A DNA stretch of 64,000 nt from Candidatus Velthaea sp. (GTDB taxonomy: Bacteria; Vulcanimicrobiota; Vulcanimicrobiia; Vulcanimicrobiales; Vulcanimicrobiaceae). Both the position numbers and the translations under genes were made by a program. Below, in pieces: positions 20,845-30,648 of the stretch. Below the pieces are notes generated by a model. That model was not told the origin of the DNA and searched no databases. It worked only from the letters and a program-made list of their open reading frames with translations. The stretch spans positions 192,001 to 256,000 of the forward strand of contig CBDCCS010000018.1 of the NCBI GenBank assembly GCA_965214935.1, written 5' to 3'. Each line of letters starts with the position of its first letter. Position 1 is the stretch's first letter.

Positions 20845-21840
20845 TCAACCCAGACGCTTCTCGAGCGCGCGAATTGCTGCTGCCGGGCCCGCGGCGATCA
20901 CTTCATCGCCGAGTTCGAGCAGCGTGCTCACCGGCGGATGAAAAATCATCGTTTCACCGCGCTTGATCGCCAGCACGATCGCTTCATCCGCCTCGCCGGC
21001 CAACGCGGAGAGCGCGCGTCCGGCCCAATTTCCCGAAATCGTGAGATCCTCGAGCAGCAACTCGGCGTTTGAAGCGGACATGATGGTGTCGACGAATTCC
21101 ACGGCCGTAGGCCGCATCGCCAAGCTCGCCATCCGTTTTCCGCCGATCGTGTACGGCGAAATAATGCGATTGGCACCGGCCAGCCGCAGCTTGGGTTCGG
21201 ACTCTGCCGTGTTCGCTCGTGCAACGATGAAAATGTCGGGCCGCAACACGCGCGCCGACAACGTGACGTAGATATTCTCGGCATCGTTGTCGACGGCAGT
21301 GATGAGCCCGCGTGCGCGATCGATACCGGCCGCGGCAAGCACCGCGACGTCCGAAGCGCTGCCGATGATGACGTGATGACCTTCGGCGGCCGCGCGCGCG
21401 AGCGACTGCTCGTTGATGTCGATGACCACGAAGGCAATGCGTTCGTCGGAAAATTCACGCGCAATTTCCCGGCCGACGCGGCCGTAGCCGCAAAGCACGA
21501 AGTGGTCATGCATGCGCGCCACTTGGCGGCGCATCCGGCGGGTCTCCACTGCGATCCCGAGCTGGCCTTCGAGGACCCATTCGATCAGCGCCAGCAACGT
21601 ATACGTCAGCACGCCGAAGCCGATCATCACGACGGCCATCGTCCAGCACTTTCCGGCGATGCTCATCGGCGCCGGTTCGCCGCCGCCGACGGTGGTGAAC
21701 GTCGTGACCGTCATGTACAGCGAGTCGAACCATCCCCACCCCTCGATGGCAACGTAGCCGGCGGTCCCGAACGCAATGACCAGCGCGAGCAGGGCGGCTG
21801 CGATGCCGATCCGGCGCGGGACCTCGGGCAGGTCTAGCAT
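20845..21840 (-). CDS. 2-TM potassium channel family protein with RCK (TrkA-N/TrkA-C) domains; atypical filter
   Basis: DSLYMTVTTFTTVGGGE pore region, HFVLCGYGRVG Rossmann motif, LAGANRIISPY. Confidence 0.9.
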   Translation of the reverse strand: MLDLPEVPRRIGIAAALLALVIAFGTAGYVAIEGWGWFDSLYMTVTTFTTVGGGEPAPMSIAGKCWTMAVVMIGFGVLTYTLLALIEWVLEGQLGIAVETRRMRRQVARMHDHFVLCGYGRVGREIAREFSDERIAFVVIDINEQSLARAAAEGHHVIIGSASDVAVLAAAGIDRARGLITAVDNDAENIYVTLSARVLRPDIFIVARANTAESEPKLRLAGANRIISPYTIGGKRMASLAMRPTAVEFVDTIMSASNAELLLEDLTISGNWAGRALSALAGEADEAIVLAIKRGETMIFHPPVSTLLELGDEVIAAGPAAAIRALEKRLG

Positions 21841-21971
21841 ACCTCGGCGCGCATTCGCGCCGCCCCGTTATCATCCCGGGACAACCGCGCCGAGACGGGT
21901 ACGAAGCAACGCGGACGCGTTTGAACGGCCATATGGCGAAAAGACCCTTAGCGAGGCGAGCGTAGTTAAAG

Positions 21972-22802
21972 GTGATGGCGAACATGATCGACACGGGTCT
22001 GCGAATCAGCGTCGGCTGCGAATTTCACTACGAAGTCGATGCACCCACGCCCGCGATCTTCATGGTTCAGCCCGCAGCAATCGACGGTCAGCACGTCGCG
22101 AGCGAGCGCTGGGAATCGGATCCGAGTGCTTCGTATCACGATTACACCGATGTTTATAGCAACAGCTGCCGGCGCACGGTGTTGCCGGCGGGACGGACGA
22201 AAATCCGTTACGACGGGCAAGTCGATGTGTCCGACGAACTCGACCCGTTCGTCCCCGATGCAGCGCAACTGCCGGCTCACGCTTTGCCCGACGACGTTTT
22301 GCTGTACACCCTGCCCAGCCGCTATTGCTTCTCGGATCTGCTCGGCGATAAAGCGTGGGAGCTCTTCGGCGGAACTGCGCCGGGTTGGACGCGCGTTCAG
22401 GCGATCTGCGACTTCGTCAACGCGCATCTGCGCTTCTCGTACGGCACGAGCACCCCGACCACGACGGCGCTCGACGCATACGAAAACCAAGTCGGCGTGT
22501 GCCGCGATTTCGCGCATTTGGCCGTCACGTTTGCCCGCGCGCTCAACATTCCGGCGCGTTACGCGTTCGGCTATCTGCCGGATCTCGACGTACCGCCGCC
22601 CTATGCGCCGATGGATTTTTGCGCGTGGTTCGAGGCGTATCTCGACGGCAGCTGGTACACTTTCGACCCGCGCAACAATCAGCGGCGTCGCGGCCGAGCC
22701 GTCATCGCGCGCGGGCGTGACGCGCTCGACGTTGCGATGGTCACGACGTACGGCCGGGCGCAACTCCACGATATGCTCGTCATTGCCGAGAAAACCGCGT
22801 GA
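21972..22802 (+). CDS. Transglutaminase-like family protein
   Basis: PSRYC, GVCRDFAH, NIPARY..GYL, DF.AWFE, FDPRNN, GRDA.DV. Confidence 0.92.
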   Translation: MMANMIDTGLRISVGCEFHYEVDAPTPAIFMVQPAAIDGQHVASERWESDPSASYHDYTDVYSNSCRRTVLPAGRTKIRYDGQVDVSDELDPFVPDAAQLPAHALPDDVLLYTLPSRYCFSDLLGDKAWELFGGTAPGWTRVQAICDFVNAHLRFSYGTSTPTTTALDAYENQVGVCRDFAHLAVTFARALNIPARYAFGYLPDLDVPPPYAPMDFCAWFEAYLDGSWYTFDPRNNQRRRGRAVIARGRDALDVAMVTTYGRAQLHDMLVIAEKTA

Positions 22803-23683
22803 TCGCGCCCGAGCCGGTCGTCGCGCACGAAGCGCTCGACTGGTCCGCGATCACCGGCGCGACGTATCGCATCGATCAGTCGATTCGTTACGAATACGCT
22901 AGTCCGATTAGCCGCTTACGGCACAAGCTCGTTATTTCGCCGCGTGCGGCGCACGGCGATCAGCGCCGGCTCTCGCACGACTTGTTCGTGTCGCCCGATG
23001 CTCCCGCCCGACAACTCAGCGATGCGTTCGGTAACGACGTCGTGTGGCTCGAAGTCGCCCATGTCGAACGCAGCATCGCGTTCGAGCTGACGTCGCGCGT
23101 TGCGCGCGACCGCGAACTTGGACCGCATGTCATCGCGAGCCAAACGCTCGACGAAGCGGCGCCGGTTGCCGCGCCGCGCCGCTTGATCCGCGCCGATGAA
23201 GCGATACTCGATGCCGCTGCGGATTTACGCGCTCGTTACCCGGATCGCGCCGAGCTCGCCGTGGCGATTTGCGATTACCTGTTTCGCGAAATGATCTACA
23301 CCAAAGGTGTTACCGACGTCTTCACCACCGCAGCGGTTGCCTTTTCGATGCGGCGCGGCGTTTGTCAGGATTACGCGCATATTGCCATTGCAATGAGTAC
23401 GGCGTGCGGGTTGCCGGTGCGCTACGTCTCCGGACATCTGCTGGGCGAAGGTGCGACACACGCCTGGGTCGAGTTTCTGGTGCCCGCCGAACGCGATCGC
23501 GTGCGCGTCATATCGCTCGACCCGACCAACGGTTGTGCGACGAATTTGCGTTATATCGTCGTCGCCATCGGGCGCGATTACGAAGATATCGCACCGACGT
23601 CGGGTGTCTTCGTCGGGCGTTCGGCGGGCTCGGTTTTCTCGCATCAGTCGGTCAAAGTTACCGGCGTCACGTACGCGGCCTAG
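22799..23683 (+). CDS. Transglutaminase-like protein with Bact_transglu_N domain
   Basis: DAFGN, GVCQDYAH, RYVSG, THAWVE, DPTN, GRDYEDIAP; GTGA overlap. Confidence 0.92.
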   Translation: MIAPEPVVAHEALDWSAITGATYRIDQSIRYEYASPISRLRHKLVISPRAAHGDQRRLSHDLFVSPDAPARQLSDAFGNDVVWLEVAHVERSIAFELTSRVARDRELGPHVIASQTLDEAAPVAAPRRLIRADEAILDAAADLRARYPDRAELAVAICDYLFREMIYTKGVTDVFTTAAVAFSMRRGVCQDYAHIAIAMSTACGLPVRYVSGHLLGEGATHAWVEFLVPAERDRVRVISLDPTNGCATNLRYIVVAIGRDYEDIAPTSGVFVGRSAGSVFSHQSVKVTGVTYAA

Positions 23684-23841
23684 CGTCCCGCATCTTCGGC
23701 CTGTACCGGTCATCGGGCGTTGTCCGCTGCCGGCGATCTCTGCCGATGCCCCAAGACGGAGTTGCGCACCGGGGCGCCGTAACCGCGCTTGAGCGTACGG
23801 CGAAGGAGCCGGATTGCGACCGGTTACCTTGAGAGCGGAAA

Positions 23842-25164
23842 ATGTTGGAAACAATGGAGCCGGTGCGGGTCGGTTTGTTAGGCATCGGTACGGTCGGTAG
23901 CGGAACCTTCGAGGTGCTGACGCGCAATCGCGAAGAGATTACGCGTCGTGCCGGGCGGCACATCGAGATCGCCTGGGTCGCCGCGCGCGACCTCGCGCGG
24001 GCGCGAACCATCGTCGGACCGGATATTCGCGTGGTCGACGACGCGTGCGCCGCCGTCAGCGATCCCAACGTCGACATCATCGTCGAAGTCATCGGCGGTA
24101 CGACGGTCGCCAAAAGCGCGATCATGCGCGCGATCGAGCACGGCAAGCACGTCGTGACCGCCAATAAAGCCCTCCTCGCGACGGCGGGCAACGAAATTTG
24201 GTCGGCCGCCAGCGAGCACGGCGTGATGATTGCGTTCGAGGCGGCCGTTTCGGGCTGCATCCCGATCGTTAAAGTCTTGCGCGAGGGGCTCGCGGCGAAT
24301 CGGATCGAGTGGATCGCCGGCATCATCAACGGTACGAGTAATTATATCTTGTCCGAAATGCGGGCCGAAAAATTGCCCTTTGCCGCAGCGCTCGAAGCCG
24401 CGCAGCGGCTCGGGTATGCCGAAGCCGATCCAACCTTCGATATCGAAGGCATCGATGCGGCGCACAAGCTAACGCTTTTGAGTGCGATCGGTTTCGGTAT
24501 CCCGGTGCAATTCGAGCGCGCCTACATCGAGGGCATCTCGAAACTCACCGACAAAGATATCACGTACGCGCAAGAACTTGGTTATCGCATTAAATTGCTC
24601 GGCATAACGCGCCGCGCTCGGAACGGAATCGAATTGCGCGTCCATCCGACGCTCATTCCGGCCAAGCGGATCATTGCAAACGTCGATGGTGCCATGAACG
24701 CCATCTTGGTGAAAAGCGATGCGGCCGGCGTGACGATGTATTACGGGGCGGGTGCGGGCGCCGAGCCGACGGCGTCGGCGGTTATCGCCGACATCATCGA
24801 AGTAACGCGGCTCATGCAAGCCGAACCGCAAGAGCGCGTGCCGTTTTTCGCCTTTCAAACCGACGCGCTCAGCGATGTCGGCATCTTGCCGATGAGCGAC
24901 GTCGAAACATCGTATTATCTTCGCGTGCGCGTGAAAGACGCAGTCGGCGTCCTGGCGGATATCGCCCGCACGCTCGCCGATGCGGGTATTTCCGTCGATG
25001 CAATGTTGCAGCAAGGCGCCGGCGATAGCGACAACGAGACGGACATCGTCATCCTCACCCATCGGACGCGCGAACGGAACTTCGATGCGGCGATCGCCCG
25101 ACTCGTTCAATTACCGTCGGTGCGCCCGGAATACGCGCGCATCCGCCGTGAGGACCTCGGCTGA
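23842..25164 (+). CDS. hom: Homoserine dehydrogenase with C-terminal ACT domain
   Basis: GLLGIGTVGSG, VVTANKAL, FEAAVSGCIP, GIINGTSNYIL, GYAEADPTFDIEGIDAAHK, GAGAEPTASAV. Confidence 0.97.
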   Translation: MLETMEPVRVGLLGIGTVGSGTFEVLTRNREEITRRAGRHIEIAWVAARDLARARTIVGPDIRVVDDACAAVSDPNVDIIVEVIGGTTVAKSAIMRAIEHGKHVVTANKALLATAGNEIWSAASEHGVMIAFEAAVSGCIPIVKVLREGLAANRIEWIAGIINGTSNYILSEMRAEKLPFAAALEAAQRLGYAEADPTFDIEGIDAAHKLTLLSAIGFGIPVQFERAYIEGISKLTDKDITYAQELGYRIKLLGITRRARNGIELRVHPTLIPAKRIIANVDGAMNAILVKSDAAGVTMYYGAGAGAEPTASAVIADIIEVTRLMQAEPQERVPFFAFQTDALSDVGILPMSDVETSYYLRVRVKDAVGVLADIARTLADAGISVDAMLQQGAGDSDNETDIVILTHRTRERNFDAAIARLVQLPSVRPEYARIRREDLG

Positions 25165-25667
25165 TGCCGCCGGAGAATCGCATGTCCGATGCGGGCGCAC
25201 GCGCCGGCGATGCTGAGACGGCCGGAGTTGCTTTACCGCCGCCGCTGCTGTTTGCGACGGGTTTAGCGATCGGGCTTGGGGCCGGCCGGGCTGCGTGGGA
25301 TGAACGCCGGGCTGCGGTCTTCGCGCGCAGCTTGGGCACGGCTTCAGTCGTTGCCGGCATTGCCATCGGTGTCGCTGCGCTGGGCGAATTGCGACGCGCC
25401 GGAACCCATTCGAATCCGTATCGGCCGGCTTCAACGCTGGTGACGCGCGGGCCATTTCGTTTGAGCCGCAATCCGGCATACGTCGGCGCAACGTCGATCT
25501 ATATCGGCATCGCGATGTTCGCCCGTTCGTTGCCGGCCTTCGTGATCTTACCGATCGTCTTGGCACTGCTCGACCGGTTGGTCGTAACGCCCGAAGAACG
25601 GTATCTCGAGCGACGCTTCGGCGATGAGTACAGCGCCTACCGGCAGACCGTCGCGCGCTGGTTTTGA
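25164..25667 (+). CDS. Isoprenylcysteine carboxylmethyltransferase (PEMT/ICMT) family protein
   Basis: LVTRGPFRLSRNPAY, EERYLERRFGDEY..Y...V.RW. Confidence 0.9.
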   Translation: MPPENRMSDAGARAGDAETAGVALPPPLLFATGLAIGLGAGRAAWDERRAAVFARSLGTASVVAGIAIGVAALGELRRAGTHSNPYRPASTLVTRGPFRLSRNPAYVGATSIYIGIAMFARSLPAFVILPIVLALLDRLVVTPEERYLERRFGDEYSAYRQTVARWF

Positions 25668-28345
25668 TCGACGATATCGCGTCCCTGAACGCGCCGCCCG
25701 TGCGGGATACGAGCGCACCGCTGCGGGCACGTATCGCCTATTTAGGCCGGCTCGTCGGCGAAGTGCTGCAGACGCATGCACGGCCGCGCACGTTCGAGCA
25801 CGTCGAACGGTTGCGTTCCTTGACGCGCCGGCGCCGCGCCGAACCGGCGCTCGCACTCGATGCGGAAATCGACAGCGTGCTCGATGCATTGGCGACCGAT
25901 GACGCCATCGACGTCATTCGCGCATTTGGATTGTATTTCCGCATGGTGAACTTAGCCGAGCAGCGACATCGCGAGAATCGCCGCCGCGAACGGGCGCTAG
26001 GCGGCGAAGAACCGCTGCGCGGATCGATCGAAGCGCTGCCGGCCGGACCGCATCCGGATTTCGAGCGGCTCGCGATTCGCTTGGTGTTTACCGCGCACCC
26101 GACCGAAGTTTTGCGCCGCACGACGAGTGAAAAAATCGCTGCGATCGCCGAATTGCTGCGCGATCTCGACGAACGTCAGCAAACACCCGACGAAGCGCGG
26201 GCAATCGAAGCCGAGTTGCGCGCGCTCATCGTCATGATGTGGCAGAGCAGCGAATTGTATAACAGCGCCCCGACCGTGCACGATGAAGTACGCAATCTGC
26301 TCGCGCGTTTTCGCGAATCGCTCTTCGAAGAAGCGACGCTGCTGTTCGAGCGTCTCGAAGAGCGGACGGCGCAACCGGTGCCGACGTTTTTATCTTTCGG
26401 CAGTTGGATCGGTGCCGACCGCGACGGCAATGCGAACGTTGCGCCCGATGCGATCGTCAACGCGCACGAACAAGGCCGGGCGTTCGTCATCGACCGCTAC
26501 TTGCAAGCCGTCGCGGCCTTACAAGCGCGCTTTTCGCAGAACATCGTGCGCGGTGCAGTTTCGGCCGACTTGATTGCATCGGTCGAACGCGACGCGGCAG
26601 CCTATCCCGACGTCCGGTATACGCTCGGTCCGCGGCAAGCGACCGAACCGTACCGGCGCAAACTGGCGTTCATGCACCGGCGCCTCACGCTCACGCTCAA
26701 AGACGCACCGGGAGCTTATCCCGATACCGGCGCGTTCGCTGCCGACATTGAAGCGCTCGAAGCCAGCTTGAGCGCGCATAGCGGCAGCGACGTCGTGCGT
26801 CCGTTACGGCGGTTACGTCGCGCGCTCGCAATCTTCGGTTTTCACTTGTACACGCTGGAATGGCGGCAACATCGCGATCGCGTGGTGGCCGCGCTTGACG
26901 AGATCGTCATGCAGATCGAACCGGAACTTCCGGCGCTTTCTGCGCGCACGGAACACGAGCGCGCTGCCTGGTTTGCGCGCGAACTCGCCTCGGTGCGACC
27001 GTTGATTCCGCGTGCATCGTTGTCGCCGCCGACAACCGACGTCATCGCTTCGCTCGAGGCTGTCCGCGCGCTGCGTACGCGCCGCGGTCCGCACACTGTC
27101 AGTTCGTTCATCTTGGCCGGAACCGAAGCCCCGTTCGATATTTTGTCACTGTTTGTTTTGGCTCGCACCTGCGGCGCACTCGAGGGCGAGCCGCCGCAAA
27201 TCGTACCGTTATTCGAAAGCACGCCGGCACTTGAAAGCGGCGCGGCTATTTGCGCCGGCGCGCTTGCCGAACCGGCATTTCGCGCCTATGTCGCGACGCT
27301 CGGTACGTGGGAAATCATGCTCGGGTATTCCGACGGAACCAAAGTCGCGGGCATCTTGGCGGCGGCTTGGGCGATCTATCGCGCGCAGATCGCGATCGCC
27401 GATGCAGCGGCACGAAACGGCATCGACGTCCGGTTTTTTCATGGTCGCGGCGGGTCCGTCGGGCGGGGCGCCGCTGACGCTCGCGAAGCCGTCGCCGCCC
27501 AACCCCCGCAATGCCGTAACGCCTATTTAAAAGTCACCGAACAAGGCGAAGTCATTCGCGCGCGCTACGGTATTCCGTCCCTGGCCCGCCGCAATCTGGA
27601 ATTGGCCGTGACGGCGGTGCTCGGCGGTGCGCGCGAAACACCGGCGCCGATCTCAGGCGAGCGCGCCGCACTGCTCGACGCCTTGGCCGTTCGGGCACGC
27701 GAAACGTATCGCGATCTCATCGACGAGCCGGATTTCTTGCGGTTTTTCGCTTCGAGCACGCCGGTCGATGAGATCGGCGAGCTCGAGATCAGCTCGCGGC
27801 CCGGGCGCCGCGGCGGCGAGCGCCGTACGATCGACGATCTGCGCGCCATTCCGTGGGCCTTCGGCTGGGCGCAATCGCGCTGCATGTTGCCCGGCTGGTA
27901 CGGCTTCGGGAGCGCGGTCGCGGCGTCTGCCGGTCAAGTCGACGTTCTGCGCGCGATGGCGACCGAGGATCCCTTCGTTGCAACGCTCGTACAAAGCGTC
28001 GAACGCGCGTTAGCGGTTGCCGATATGGCGATTTTCGAGCGTTACGCGCGCGAACTCGTCGACGATTCGGTCTTGCGCGCACGCTTCGTACCGCGCATTC
28101 TCGCCGAGTACGAACGCTCGGTGCAGGCCGTGCTGTCGATACTGCAGCGCGATCGCTTGCTGTCCGCCGATTCCGTACTCGCGCGCAGCATCGCGCTACG
28201 AAACCCGTACGTCGATCCGATCTCGCTGTTGCAAATTCGCATGTTGCAGTCATATCGCAAGCAGAACGTGCGCGATCCCCGTTTGCGCGATGCCATTCGC
28301 TTGTCGATCAATGGAATTGCCGCCGGCTTGCGCGTTACCGGTTGA
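25664..28345 (+). CDS. ppc: Phosphoenolpyruvate carboxylase
   Basis: VFTAHPTE, SWIGADRDGN, MLGYSD..K, FHGRGGSVGRG, TEQGE, SRP, LRAIPW.F.W.Q, RNPY. Confidence 0.96.
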   Translation: MIDDIASLNAPPVRDTSAPLRARIAYLGRLVGEVLQTHARPRTFEHVERLRSLTRRRRAEPALALDAEIDSVLDALATDDAIDVIRAFGLYFRMVNLAEQRHRENRRRERALGGEEPLRGSIEALPAGPHPDFERLAIRLVFTAHPTEVLRRTTSEKIAAIAELLRDLDERQQTPDEARAIEAELRALIVMMWQSSELYNSAPTVHDEVRNLLARFRESLFEEATLLFERLEERTAQPVPTFLSFGSWIGADRDGNANVAPDAIVNAHEQGRAFVIDRYLQAVAALQARFSQNIVRGAVSADLIASVERDAAAYPDVRYTLGPRQATEPYRRKLAFMHRRLTLTLKDAPGAYPDTGAFAADIEALEASLSAHSGSDVVRPLRRLRRALAIFGFHLYTLEWRQHRDRVVAALDEIVMQIEPELPALSARTEHERAAWFARELASVRPLIPRASLSPPTTDVIASLEAVRALRTRRGPHTVSSFILAGTEAPFDILSLFVLARTCGALEGEPPQIVPLFESTPALESGAAICAGALAEPAFRAYVATLGTWEIMLGYSDGTKVAGILAAAWAIYRAQIAIADAAARNGIDVRFFHGRGGSVGRGAADAREAVAAQPPQCRNAYLKVTEQGEVIRARYGIPSLARRNLELAVTAVLGGARETPAPISGERAALLDALAVRARETYRDLIDEPDFLRFFASSTPVDEIGELEISSRPGRRGGERRTIDDLRAIPWAFGWAQSRCMLPGWYGFGSAVAASAGQVDVLRAMATEDPFVATLVQSVERALAVADMAIFERYARELVDDSVLRARFVPRILAEYERSVQAVLSILQRDRLLSADSVLARSIALRNPYVDPISLLQIRMLQSYRKQNVRDPRLRDAIRLSINGIAAGLRVTG

Positions 28346-29121
28346 TCGACGCAGCATTCGATTTGCGGCTGAGCGGCGTCGCGATGGCGTACCGCAGCGG
28401 CCGCGAACACGTGCAGGCCTTGACGGAGGTCGATCTGCACGTCCCGGCTGCAACGTTTTGTGCGATCATCGGTCCGTCGGGTTGCGGAAAATCGACCGTA
28501 TTACGCCTGTTGGGCGGCTTGCTGCGCGCCACGGCCGGCACGGTGACGATCGGCGGGCGCGACCCGGCGCAAATTACCGGCGCGCACCGCTTGGGCGTCG
28601 CGTTCCAGGATCACGCGCTACTGCCGTGGCTAAGCGCACGGGAGAATATCGCGCTGCCGTTCCGCGCCGTCGGCCGGGCCGTCGATTACGCGCACGTCGA
28701 CCGGTTACTCCACGTCGTCGGCATTCGCGAGTTCGCTCGCGCGCGGCCGGCACAGCTATCAGGCGGCATGCGCCAACGCGTCGCCATCGCGCGGGCACTC
28801 GTCCTCGACCCGGGCGTTCTGCTGCTCGACGAACCGTTCGGCGCGCTCGACGCGGTGACGCGCCGGCACCTGAATTTAGAACTGCAGCGAATTTGGTCCG
28901 AGCACGCGATTACGACCTTGCTCGTGACGCACGCGGTTGAAGAAGCGGTGTTCCTGGCCGATACGGTCGTCGTCATGTCGAGCCGGCCGGGCCGCGTACT
29001 GCAGGTGGCCCCGATCCCATTCGCGCGTCCGCGCGATCGCAGTCTGCTGACGGCAACGGCGTTCCATGCGCTCGTCGACCGGCTCACCGCCGCGCTCGAT
29101 GCGCCCGAAGCCGGCGCATGA
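28342..29121 (+). CDS. NitT/TauT family ABC transporter ATP-binding protein
   Basis: GPSGCGKST, LLPWLS, LSGGMRQR, LLDEPFGALD; TTG start overlaps the ppc stop. Confidence 0.93.
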   Translation: MIDAAFDLRLSGVAMAYRSGREHVQALTEVDLHVPAATFCAIIGPSGCGKSTVLRLLGGLLRATAGTVTIGGRDPAQITGAHRLGVAFQDHALLPWLSARENIALPFRAVGRAVDYAHVDRLLHVVGIREFARARPAQLSGGMRQRVAIARALVLDPGVLLLDEPFGALDAVTRRHLNLELQRIWSEHAITTLLVTHAVEEAVFLADTVVVMSSRPGRVLQVAPIPFARPRDRSLLTATAFHALVDRLTAALDAPEAGA

Positions 29122-29873
29122 ACGAACGTTTGCTTTCGGCCACGGCAGGCTGCGCCGGTTTGCTCGCGTTGCTCGTTGCCTGGGAGGTCGCCGGGCGCTC
29201 GGGCATACTCGGACCGTCATGGCCGCCGTTTTCCGCTGTCGCAAGCTTCATTCGAGCGCCCGAACATCGCGCGTTGCTGACTGCGGCCGCCCTGCAGACA
29301 TCGAGCGAAAGTGCGCTCGGGTATGTCGCGGGCAGCATCTTGGGTTGCGGACTTGCTCTCGTCGCGGTGCTGCTGCCGCCGACGGCGTTCGGCATCGACC
29401 GCCTCGCTGCCATCGTCAACGGGATCCCGGTGATCGCGGTCGGTGCACTGTGCGCGATCGTCGCACCGCCCGCAATCAACCCGGTCGCCGTCGCGGCGTT
29501 GGCGGTTTTTTTCATGATCTTCGTCGCCGCAACAGCGGGTTTCCAAGCCACGCCGTCCGCCCAACGCGACGTGCTCGCGGTATTAGGCGCTTCGCGCTGG
29601 ACGGTGTTCCGCCGTTTGCAGCTGCCCGCCGCGTTCCCCGCAATCGCCGACGGTCTGCGGCTAAGTGCGCCGGTAAGCGTCGTCGGCGCCATCGTCGGCG
29701 AGTGGTTCGCGGCCGACCGCGGTTTAGGGCCGTTACTGGTAAACGCCATGCAAAATTATCAGATTGCGCTACTCTGGTCCGCCGCGTCGATCGGATCGCT
29801 CATCTCGCTAACGGCGTTTCTGTTCCTCGGCTTCGTACAACGTGCGGCAGCGCGGCGCTACGGCAACGCGTGA
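29118..29873 (+). CDS. NitT/TauT family ABC transporter permease
   Basis: Hydrophobic; EAA-like loop LGASRW..FRRLQLPAA; GAIVGEW..A..GLG. Confidence 0.9.
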   Translation: MNERLLSATAGCAGLLALLVAWEVAGRSGILGPSWPPFSAVASFIRAPEHRALLTAAALQTSSESALGYVAGSILGCGLALVAVLLPPTAFGIDRLAAIVNGIPVIAVGALCAIVAPPAINPVAVAALAVFFMIFVAATAGFQATPSAQRDVLAVLGASRWTVFRRLQLPAAFPAIADGLRLSAPVSVVGAIVGEWFAADRGLGPLLVNAMQNYQIALLWSAASIGSLISLTAFLFLGFVQRAAARRYGNA

Positions 29874-29880
29874 CGCCGGC

Positions 29881-30630
29881 GTGATGCGCTTGCGTGCGGC
29901 GTTTGCCGCATACTGGCCGCTAGCGCTCGTAGTCGGTGTCTGGCAGGCGTGGATAAGCGGCGGTCATGTCGTGCGGCTGGTCGCGCCGGCTCCGCGCGAC
30001 GTTGTCGCCGAACTCGTTGCACATCCGGGCGTGTATCTGAACGCCGGTCTCATGACGCTGTCCGTTGCTGCTGCGGGCTTGTTGATCGGCACGCTGCTGG
30101 GTTGCAGTCTGGCGGTTGCAACGTGGTTTTCGCCGTTCGTGAGCGGAGCACTGACGCTGCCCGCCGTGCTCGTCCAAGCCACCCCGCTCGTCGCGCTCAT
30201 CCCGCTCGTCGCGCGACTGCTGGGGTACGACGTGCGGACGGTCATCGCATGCGCGGTGCTCATTACATTTTTCCCGACGTTCGTGCTCGTTGCGACCGGC
30301 TTACGCACGTTGCCGCCCGGCAGTGCGGATCTCTTCGATGTGCTCGGCGGCGGTAAGCCGGCCAGGCTGCGGCATCTCGTGCTTCCGGCGGCGATCCCGC
30401 AATTGCTCGTTGCGGTGCGAATCTCGTCGGCTAATTGTATTCTGGCGGCCCTTGTCGCCGAATATTTAATGGGGACGACCGGCCTCGGCCGGCTGTTCGC
30501 AGCGTCGGAGAGCCGGTTCGATACGGCTGCGGCGTGGGCGGCATGTCTAACGGCGACGCTGATGTCGGTCGCCGCATTCCTTGCCGGCCGCCGTCTCGAG
30601 CGTAGCGCACGTTCGATCTATACGCCGTGA
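29881..30630 (+). CDS. NitT/TauT family ABC transporter permease
   Basis: FFP, LPAAIP, ALVAEYL.G..GLG. Confidence 0.9.
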   Translation: MMRLRAAFAAYWPLALVVGVWQAWISGGHVVRLVAPAPRDVVAELVAHPGVYLNAGLMTLSVAAAGLLIGTLLGCSLAVATWFSPFVSGALTLPAVLVQATPLVALIPLVARLLGYDVRTVIACAVLITFFPTFVLVATGLRTLPPGSADLFDVLGGGKPARLRHLVLPAAIPQLLVAVRISSANCILAALVAEYLMGTTGLGRLFAASESRFDTAAAWAACLTATLMSVAAFLAGRRLERSARSIYTP

Positions 30631-30648
30631 TGCGTTCGCGCCGGGGCG

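Noticed and set aside
23684..23841. SAM/lysine riboswitch or Thr attenuator upstream of hom
   Set aside because: No recognisable aptamer core, Thr/Ile-rich leader peptide or terminator.
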